Shown here piece after piece: positions 28,399 to 35,758 of a stretch of 44,540 nt of DNA. The position numbers and the translations under genes were made by a program. How positions within the stretch are numbered: the first letter of the stretch is position 1; each line of letters opens with the position of its first letter. The stretch is from Methylococcales bacterium (lineage in GTDB: Bacteria > Pseudomonadota > Gammaproteobacteria > Methylococcales > UBA1147), in assembly GCA_050740335.1 (NCBI GenBank), contig JBOICY010000486.1:1-44540 (forward strand). Direction: 5' to 3'. The notes beneath the pieces are model-generated. The model saw nothing but the letters and a program-made list of their open reading frames with translations. It had not been told where the DNA came from and searched no databases.

Positions 28399-30298
28399 AT
28401 GCTGACATCCTTCGCCCGGTCCCTGATTTGCTTTGTTGGGGTAGCGCTAGTCCCTTCATCCCTTCTTGCAGGTGTTCTTCCTCGCACCGTTCCCTTCCTG
28501 GTTGAAGCGCTTAAGTATGAACCATATTGGGTACGCGTAGAAATCGTTGATGCACTCTCGGAGGGGGCGAAAGTCGGCGATCCCACTGCTGTTCCTGCTC
28601 TAATCGAAGTGTTGAACGATGACTCTGAAAAGGTACGGAGAAAAGCCGTCGATGCATTCGTTCAGATTGGCAACGCCGCGGTTCCCGCGCTGGTTGAAGC
28701 ACTGAAGAATGACAGTTACACGGTACGGGATGCACTCGCTGGGATTGGTAAACCTGCTGTTCGCGCCCTGATTGAGGCGCTGAAGGACGACTCTGAAAAT
28801 GTTCGCGCGGGAGCCGCTGATGTGTTGGGGAAGATCGGTGATCCTGCTACTGTTTCCGCCCTGGTCGAGGTGGCTTAAGAAGGACCCTGAATGGGTGCGG
28901 AATGAAGCCGCCGATGCACTCGTTGAGATTGGTAGCGCAGCCGTCCCCGCCTTGGTTGAGGCGCTGAACGATCACACTAAAGAGGTGCGGGAAAAAGCCG
29001 CCGAGGCTTTGGGAAAAATTGGCAACCCTACATACCCCGTCCTTGCGAAGGCTGCTCAGTCTGGCAATTTGAACTTCTGGCGGGTTTTGTATGCCAAGCT
29101 TCCCGCGAACGCAGGATGGGTTCGGGTTCTGCGTACCATTCCTACCTATTGGCTCCTATCCCCCATGACCTGGCTCTGGCTGATGATAATATGGGGTGTG
29201 CTTACCCACGACAGGGATTGGGAATGGCGGCTGTCCGGCTTCGGCAGGCTTGAACTTTTGTCTCTAATCCTCGCTTTACCGATTGGCTGGTTGTTCTCTT
29301 GGAGCGTATCGGCGGGGTTTATCGCCTTGCTGGTGAGTTTACCCATCGCGTGGGGGGTTGCCCTTCCTATTCCAAGGCGTAGTAAGTTGGATGAGGATCC
29401 GATTGAAAGCGTGTTGATGCCATTCTTCCTCTTATCCGGGGCACTTGTCTGGTTGACTACTCCAGCGAACAACTCGTTGACTATTAGCGAACAACCTACC
29501 GTGTGGATTGGAATGGCATGGTTTAGCGGGTTAATTAGCTTGGTACTTGCCGCATTCGTTGACTCTACGATTGGCATGCGCAGGGGGATTGTTCCGAGCG
29601 TGCTGATGGGCTTGGCGATTGGCCCGGTGATATTCTACCCCCCCAACAATTCCTCGCCCGATTACTCTGGCGATTACTTTCTAACCACCGCCGGGGATTC
29701 CCTCGTTCTGATCGGCGCCGTGCTGCTGACGTGGCTGCTCTTGGGCGTCGTGAGTGTAGTCTTAAGTGCCCGCTTTCTGCCTTGGCTTAAACTGAGCAAA
29801 GAGGCGACTAATTGGCTGTGTAAAAGGGATTACCACCGCTTCCGATTGGGACCGGGCCTCCCCTGGCCGGTCCGCTGGAGCGGACGATTGTTCGCGGTCG
29901 AGGAACCCCGCCAGCATGACAATTTCGCCGAATATTTCGTATGCCGGTCCTGCGGTAGACACGAGGGTTTTGTTACCGCCCGGCGACTAATCGGAATCAT
30001 CGGTGCGATACCTTCCGCCGTCGCGCCCGACGAATGGAACGTTTCCCTCTTTAATCCGATTGCCCGTCAGACCATAAGCGCCGACATCGACCGCCTGGAT
30101 CTGTACCCTCCGCCATTGGGCAAAACCATTGACTACGACTATACAGTCAACGCCGTATTGAACGCGCTGAGCGAAGACCATCACCGCATCCGGCCCTTGA
30201 AACAAATCCCGGTATGGATCCATGGCCGGCCGCCGCTGCCCGAAAACACCCGCCGCATGTTGGCCGACCGCTTCGGCTCAGTGAAAAACGTCGCGTAA
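28399..30298 (+). CDS. island gene G8: signal-anchored HEAT-repeat protein fused to the membrane region and C-terminal module shared with G5, with one 1-nt insertion near 28873
   Basis: ORFs 28399-28878 and 28799-30298. Removing one G at 28872-28873 restores ALVEVLKKDPEWVRNEAADALVEIG, which fits the repeat consensus. Downstream are the TM region and the C-terminal module. Confidence 0.75.
28486..29035 (+). repeat. six tandem HEAT/PBS-lyase-type repeats (about 31 aa, about 93-bp period) inside G8
   Basis: Recurring units of the form VPAL(I/V)EALxDDxxxVRxxAAxALGKIGxxA. Confidence 0.7.
29674..30298 (+). repeat. dispersed direct repeat, copy B (3' end of G8)
   Basis: See copy A at 26106-26738. 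Confidence 0.85.
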
Positions 30299-30345
30299 CA
30301 CGGGTGCCCTTGAACCAGAAGCGATGCCCCTTGAGGAGATCTCCG

Positions 30346-31960
30346 ATGCCGATCAGTGCCGCTCAACTGATTTACGCCAATGTCGAAAAAGACCGCTCGC
30401 CGCACCGGCGGGGTGGATTTCAAACCCTGTATTACAGCCAGTCGCGTCTCGGCGAGACGCAGGTCGACGCGATCGAGCCGCGCCTGTTTTACGCGCATGG
30501 CGCGGGCAATCCGCCGAAAGGCCTGTTTTTTCCTTTGGGTCAGAAGCAACTGGTTTTGGCGCGCATTGTTCCGCTGGAAGACGTCGATGCCTTTGGCCGG
30601 GAGGGCCGTTATCTGGCCCATGCGCTGGTGTTCGAGCGCAGCGACTGGATCGCCGAGAGTCTGGACCCCATCACCCTGCTCCAGCGGTTGCCCTTTTTAA
30701 CTGATTTGGATCAGGCGCTGGCTTCGGGCGATGAGGCCAGCGGCGATATTGAACCGCTTGATCTGACCCTGGCCGCTACGAAGAGCCTTCAGACGCGATG
30801 GCCGGTAGCGGTGCTCCAACGACTGACCCTTTATGCGCTGCGCGCCGAGGCGATAGCCCGGGAACGCCGCGCCTTGGCCTTGATCGGTCCGCCCGCCGGG
30901 GTCGAGCAGGCGCTGGCCGAGGTGCTCAGGGCGGTGCCGGTGGCCTTGAACCCCACGTGCAGTTTCGACAGCTTTTTTTATGGAGGTAATTTCACCGCCA
31001 CTCCGTTCTGGGCGGTGGGTCTGCCGGAAGCCCCGCCGCCGGGTCGTTTTATTCGGGTGGATGTGACGAAGCGTGCATTTTTCGACGACGAAGCCGCACC
31101 CGTCGCGCGGAGCGCCTTCGAGTGTTGGGTGGTGGCACGGCTGCAAGACGGAGAACCCGGTCTCGAGCACGAGCGTGAAATCGCTTACGACCTCTGCCGC
31201 TGGCTGGAGGGAACCCTCCCGATTGCCGCTTTGCCGACGGAAGTGCCGGAACCGGTTCTCACGGCGGTATTCCATGCGGCCCCGGCGCAGGCTAAAGAGA
31301 GGGTCTATGAACGCCTGACGCACACTTTGCCGGAGGTTTTGGCGGAGTTCGTGTGGACCGATGTCCAACCGCAACGGACCGATCCCGAGCGCTACGCGGA
31401 ATTGCGCCAGGGTTTTGCGGCGCCGATGCTGTCGGAGTGGTTGTGGCTCCGGTTGACCCGAGCCGGTGCGAAACCGCCCATGCCGGCGGTGCAACGCGCC
31501 GTGGCGGAATGGCTGCGACGCTATCCGCATCCCAATCTGACTTTGCTGTCGCTGATCTGGGACGGAAAGTGGCAAACCTTGCAAGCCGAACTGGTTCGTA
31601 TGGAACCGGACGCCTACGAGGCGTTGCTTCCATCCTTGCTGCGCGCCGCCCCTAAGCCTGTTGCTGCCCGAACGCGGCGAGCCCTTCGTGCGCGGCTGGC
31701 TGGCCGAACGCTTCGCCGCACCACTATCCTTGCCGGAACTGGTCAGCGCCCTGCTCCGCCAGCATGAACCCGCCGCCCTCGTTCCGCTTGCCCCGCTGCT
31801 AAAGGATTTGCGTCCACGGGAAAGGCGGTCATTGGAGCAGCTCATCGTCCCGCACGCGGCGGATATCCCCCCCGAATTTGCCCGAGCCCTAAGCGAGGCC
31901 AGGGAAACTCAATCCTCCGGTGGGTTTTTGGCCGGACTGAAACGCTGGTGGCAATCGTGA
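30346..31960 (+). CDS. island gene G9: large mostly helical protein with a GAP1-like (GTPase-associated protein 1) N-terminus, frameshifted near 31645-31660
   Basis: GAGGAG lies 8 nt upstream of ATG 30346. MPISAAQLIYANVEKDRSPHRRGGFQTLYYSQSRL resembles the QLxYTS...GGxQ N-terminal signature I associate with GAP1-N domains. ORF 30214-31767 is continued by 31661-31960 in another frame. Confidence 0.5.
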
Positions 31961-32039
31961 ATTACATTCTCCGGCCACGAACCACCCCGTTGCTTTACGC
32001 ACTGTTGCTATTCACATTCATTTGCCGGCAAGGTTAATG

Positions 32040-32460
32040 TTGCTCTCGTTTCCAATTTTGGTGTCGGAGATCATGCCATTGCGGTGTGCGGCGTTGCCTA
32101 CAACGATTCCGGCTCAACGCCCCTGGTTTTCTACCACGATCCCAACCAACCAATGGTGTTAGCGGCGATGATCTTCACACGTTTCAAGGCGCAACTCAAT
32201 GCCGATGTCGGGCTGGCTTACCTCCCTTGTGGCTCGAAACCTTGTCCGCATCGAGTCGATATCCCATTGATGTAAATGAACCATTGCAAATCGTCGCCGT
32301 GATCTGTGGACCTCATGGTACGGAAAATAAAGGTCCGAGGTACCAATCTTATGTCTGTCAAATGCCCAAAACTGGTGCCTTATAATAAGCTCCACCCCTA
32401 CAACCTGTTGGCATGCTGCCTTGCAGATGCTAGCTGACTATCACGGCTATAACTTGGGTT
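32040..32460 (+). pseudogene. possible fragments of papain-like (C39/C70-type) cysteine peptidase genes
   Basis: 32040-32275 encodes VGDHAIAVCGVAYNDSGSTPLVFYHDPN, which looks like a His/Asp half and has no start codon. 32351-32460 encodes MSVKCPKLVPYNK... and, after a frame change, TCWHAALQMLADYHGYNLG*, which looks like a catalytic Cys-Trp half. The order is permuted and both pieces are truncated. Confidence 0.25.
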
Positions 32461-32515
32461 GACCACGTCATTTTGCCCGCTTATTCAATGGAAGTTTCCA
32501 TCCACACTTTAGTTC

Positions 32516-32542
32516 TTGACACCTCACGCGGGTTACTATAGT
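32516..32542 (+). promoter_or_regulatory. candidate sigma70 promoter of the cob operon
   Basis: TTGACA (32516-32521), a 15-nt spacer, then TATAGT (32537-32542), just upstream of the riboswitch. Confidence 0.4.
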
Positions 32543-32559
32543 TTCTGTGGCACTGCATC

Positions 32560-32765
32560 AGGTGTCCTGACGGTTTCCGCCCAAGGGATGAAACGGGAAG
32601 CCGGTGCATTCCTGACATAGTCAAACTCGGAACCATTCCGGCGCTGCCCCCGCAACGGTAAGCGAGTTTTGCTGCGGATCACACGGCCACTGCGTTTCGA
32701 CGCGGGAAGGCGGTCCGCCGGGTAAACAGGTCGCTCGCAAGCCCGGAGACCGGCCTGAAGCCGTA
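32560..32765 (+). promoter_or_regulatory. cobalamin (B12) riboswitch
   Basis: Conserved core aacGGGAAgccGGTG ... attCCGGcgCtGCCCCCGCAACgGTAAgcg, then GGCCACTG ... GGGAAGGC, then the B12-box-like AGCCCGGAGACCGGCC. It sits directly upstream of cob genes. Confidence 0.8.
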
Positions 32766-32962
32766 GGTAGGCATTACGGAGGGTGATGGCTCGCACACTG
32801 GTTTTCGGTTCCGAGTTGATTCTTTTTTCCTCCGCACATGCAGAACGGTCACCGATAAGCGCGGGTGAGCGCGACGGAGGAAACCAACATGAAGGAATAC
32901 CGTATACCCACGGCTACTCTGGCGCTTTCGGTGACATCCGGAACCGCGGAGGTTGGCCCGGT

Positions 32963-33568
32963 TTGAACACGGTCGGCCCGGAACAGCGCCACCAGGAACG
33001 CATGCGGCGGAAAAAGGCGGTGATCGATGCCGCGATCGAACGCGCCGATCGCGATCAGGGCCTGCTTCTGGTGCTTACCGGAAACGGCAAGGGCAAATCC
33101 AGCTCGGCATTCGGGATGGCCGCGCGTGCGCTGGGTCACGGCATGAAGGTCGGCGTTGCGCAATTCATCAAGGGCCGTTCGGATACCGGCGAGGAGGTAT
33201 TTTTTCGCCGCGAGCCCGGTGTGATCTGGCATGTGCTCGGCGAGGGCTTCACGTGGGAGACGCAGAATCGCGCGCGCGATACCGAAACCGCGCGGCAAGG
33301 CTGGACCGTCGCGCGGAAGATGCTGAGCGACCCGGGTCTCAATCTCGTGATACTCGACGAACTGACCTACCCGCTCAAATACGGTTGGCTCGAGCTTGAA
33401 ACCGTATTGGCCGACCTCAAGAACCGGCCTCGGATGCAGCACGTGGTGGTCACCGGCCGTGCCGCGCCCGAAGCACTCATCGACGCGGCCGATACCGTAA
33501 CCGAGTTGCGCGATGTCAAACACGCGTTCCGGGCCGGGATTCGTGCGCAGAACGGGGTGGATCTATGA
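32963..33568 (+). CDS. cobO: cob(I)yrinic acid a,c-diamide adenosyltransferase
   Basis: QRHQERMRRKKAVIDAAIERA ... LLLVLTGNGKGKSSSAFGMAARALGHG ... VILDE. I prefer TTG 32963, with GGAGG 10 nt upstream, giving about 201 aa. The longest ORF starts at 32783 inside the riboswitch region. Confidence 0.8.
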   Translation: MNTVGPEQRHQERMRRKKAVIDAAIERADRDQGLLLVLTGNGKGKSSSAFGMAARALGHGMKVGVAQFIKGRSDTGEEVFFRREPGVIWHVLGEGFTWETQNRARDTETARQGWTVARKMLSDPGLNLVILDELTYPLKYGWLELETVLADLKNRPRMQHVVVTGRAAPEALIDAADTVTELRDVKHAFRAGIRAQNGVDL

Positions 33569-34848
33569 GACGCTGCCCCGCGCTGTTTATCGCCGCACCC
33601 GCATCCGGTCAGGGTAAAACCACCGTCACCGCGGCGCTGGCCCATTATCACCGGAATCATGGCCGCGTGGTTCGGGTATTCAAGACCGGTCCCGATTTTC
33701 TCGACCCGATGATCCTGGAACGGGCCTCCGGCGCTCCGGTTTACCAACTCGACCTGTGGATGGGCGGCGAGGCACACTGCCGCGACCTGATCCATGCAGC
33801 GGCCGGCGAAGCCGATCTGATCCTGATAGAGGGTGTGATGGGGCTATTCGACGGCGATCGATCCAGCGCCGATCTCGCGATGCTGTTCGGCATCCCGGTG
33901 CTCGCCGTGATCGACGGTTCGGCCATGGCCCAGACCTTCGGCGCCCTCGCGCACGGGCTCGCGACCTACCGCGCGGGACTGCCTTTCGCCGGCGTGTTCG
34001 CGAACCGCGTCGCGAGCGAGAATCACTATGCGATGCTCGCCGAGAGCCTGCCGGCGGGATTAGCCTCCTTCGGCTGGCTCGCGCGCGATCCGAACATCGC
34101 CCTGCCCGAGCGGCACCTGGGCATTGTGCAGGCAAGCGAGATCGCCGATCTCGATTCCCGTATCGCCACGGCCGCCGCCGCACTCAGGGGCGTCGACCAG
34201 GCCTTGCCGCCCCCGGTGTCATTCGCCGCCCCGGAGGAAACCTCCGTCATACCGCTGCTCGAAGGCGTGCGCATCGCCGTGGCGCGCGATGCGGCCTTCG
34301 CGTTTCTATATCGCGCCAACCTCGATTTGTTGCGCGCGCAGGGCGCCGAGCTGGCGTTCTTTTCTCCATTGGATAATGAGCGACCGCCACAGTCCGATGC
34401 CCTCTACCTGCCGGGTGGCTATCCCGAATTGTACCTGGAGCAACTCGCGGCCAACCAGGGCATGAACGCCGCGATCCATGCCCATCACCGCGCCGGTAAA
34501 CCGATCGTCGCCGAATGCGGCGGGATGTTGTATTTGATCGAATCACTGACCGACCTCCAGGGCCACTGCGCCGGGATGGTCGGCCTGTTACCGGGGCGCG
34601 CCACGATGCAGGCAAGGCTCGGCAACCTGGGGCTGCACGGAGCACAACTTCCGGAAGGAGAACTCAGAGGCCACACTTTTCACTATTCGAGCATGACGGG
34701 CGGCTGTGAGCCGATTACGCACTCTCGTTCCGCCCGCCATCACGGCAGCGCTGAGCCGGTCTATCGCATCGGGCGGCTGACCGCTTCCTATCTGCACTGG
34801 TACTTCCCCTCCAACCCGAGCGCATCGGCACGACTGTTCCTGACATGA
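33565..34848 (+). CDS. cobB: cobyrinate / hydrogenobyrinate a,c-diamide synthase
   Basis: 427 aa. FIAAPASGQGKTTVTAALA P-loop, KTGPDFLDP, and a C-terminal GATase domain with AECGGMLYL. Confidence 0.9.
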   Translation: MRRCPALFIAAPASGQGKTTVTAALAHYHRNHGRVVRVFKTGPDFLDPMILERASGAPVYQLDLWMGGEAHCRDLIHAAAGEADLILIEGVMGLFDGDRSSADLAMLFGIPVLAVIDGSAMAQTFGALAHGLATYRAGLPFAGVFANRVASENHYAMLAESLPAGLASFGWLARDPNIALPERHLGIVQASEIADLDSRIATAAAALRGVDQALPPPVSFAAPEETSVIPLLEGVRIAVARDAAFAFLYRANLDLLRAQGAELAFFSPLDNERPPQSDALYLPGGYPELYLEQLAANQGMNAAIHAHHRAGKPIVAECGGMLYLIESLTDLQGHCAGMVGLLPGRATMQARLGNLGLHGAQLPEGELRGHTFHYSSMTGGCEPITHSRSARHHGSAEPVYRIGRLTASYLHWYFPSNPSASARLFLT

Positions 34849-35498
34849 AGCGATTCACGCAAGCGGAAATCGACGCGGTTTATCGCGTCATACGCGAACG
34901 GCGCGACATGCGACACTTCCTGCCCGATCCGGTCGACCCGGACCTGCTGATCCGCCTGCTGCAGGCGGCGCACTGCGCCCCAAGTGTGGGACTGATGCAG
35001 CCCTGGCGTTTCGTACGCGTTGGCGACCCGGTCCTGCGGCGCGAGATCCATACCCTGGTCGAGGCGGAACGCAGAGCCACCGCGCTGGCGCTGGACGAGC
35101 GCCAGGACGAATTCCTGCGCCTCAAGGTCGAGGGCATACTCGAGTGCGGTGAATTACTCGTCGCCGCGCTGATGGATGCGCGGGAACGCCACATCTTCGG
35201 GCGCCGCACGCTGCCCGAGATGGATTTAGCCTCGGTCGCCTGCGCAATCCAGAACTTGTGGCTTGCCGCACGCGCCGAAGGGATCGGCATGGGATGGGTT
35301 TCCCTGTTCGATCCGGAGGCCTTGGGCCGGCTGCTCGCGATGCCTTCGGACGCAAAGCCGGTGGCCATCCTGTGCCTCGGTCATGTGGAAGCCTTCTATT
35401 CCGCGCCGATGCTCGAACTCGAGGGTTGGACCCGGAGCCGGCAATTAGAAACGCTCGTGTACCGCGACGCCTGGGGCAACACCGAGACGCCGGCATGA
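34845..35498 (+). CDS. bluB: 5,6-dimethylbenzimidazole synthase
   Basis: 217 aa, nitroreductase fold. IRERRDMRHFLPDPV ... AHCAPSVGLMQPWRF. Lies in cob operon context. Confidence 0.85.
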   Translation: MKRFTQAEIDAVYRVIRERRDMRHFLPDPVDPDLLIRLLQAAHCAPSVGLMQPWRFVRVGDPVLRREIHTLVEAERRATALALDERQDEFLRLKVEGILECGELLVAALMDARERHIFGRRTLPEMDLASVACAIQNLWLAARAEGIGMGWVSLFDPEALGRLLAMPSDAKPVAILCLGHVEAFYSAPMLELEGWTRSRQLETLVYRDAWGNTETPA

Positions 35499-35758
35499 AT
35501 TTCGATCCCGGCAAAGGTCCCCGGCGCATCGTCTGCCTGACCGAGGAAACCACCGAGACGCTGTATCGGCTCGGCGAGCACTTCCAACCCGAACAGGTCA
35601 AGGCCCGGCCGGGGTGGGAAAAGATTCCCGCGGTTCGGAGCAGTCACCTTTACGAAGTCAAATCATCCGACATCCTGCAGCCGGGTCCGGCCGCATTAAC
35701 CGACGGTGTTCGACAGATTCATGCGATCGTGCTGCGTTGGCTGGAAGAGCAGCGATGA
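35495..35758 (+). CDS. 87-aa mini-ORF resembling a BtuF/TroA-type periplasmic-binding protein with its middle deleted
   Basis: PRRIVCLTEETTETLYRLGE looks like the N-terminal strand and helix. It is fused directly to RPGWEKIPAVRSSHLYEVKSSDILQPGPAALTDGV, which looks like the C-terminal end. ATGA overlaps are present at both ends. Confidence 0.4.
   Translation: MNFDPGKGPRRIVCLTEETTETLYRLGEHFQPEQVKARPGWEKIPAVRSSHLYEVKSSDILQPGPAALTDGVRQIHAIVLRWLEEQR

Noticed and set aside
30697-31845. 382-aa ORF on the minus strand, opposite G9.
   Set aside because: Composition is extremely Arg/Gly/Pro/Ser-rich with no recognisable motif. This is typical of a shadow ORF antisense to a GC-rich gene. The plus-strand frame has protein-like helical sequence and an RBS.
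32783-32962. Upstream 60 codons of the longest cobO ORF.
   Set aside because: They overlap the riboswitch region and have no CobO-like sequence. CobO homologues start shortly before the ERH..RM.RKKA motif. Kept only as an alternative start.
33680-34183. Several long ORFs in alternative frames or strands across cobB (for example 33680-34183 minus and 33756-34376 plus).
   Set aside because: They are Arg/Pro/Gly-rich shadow ORFs. The cobB frame carries all family motifs end to end.
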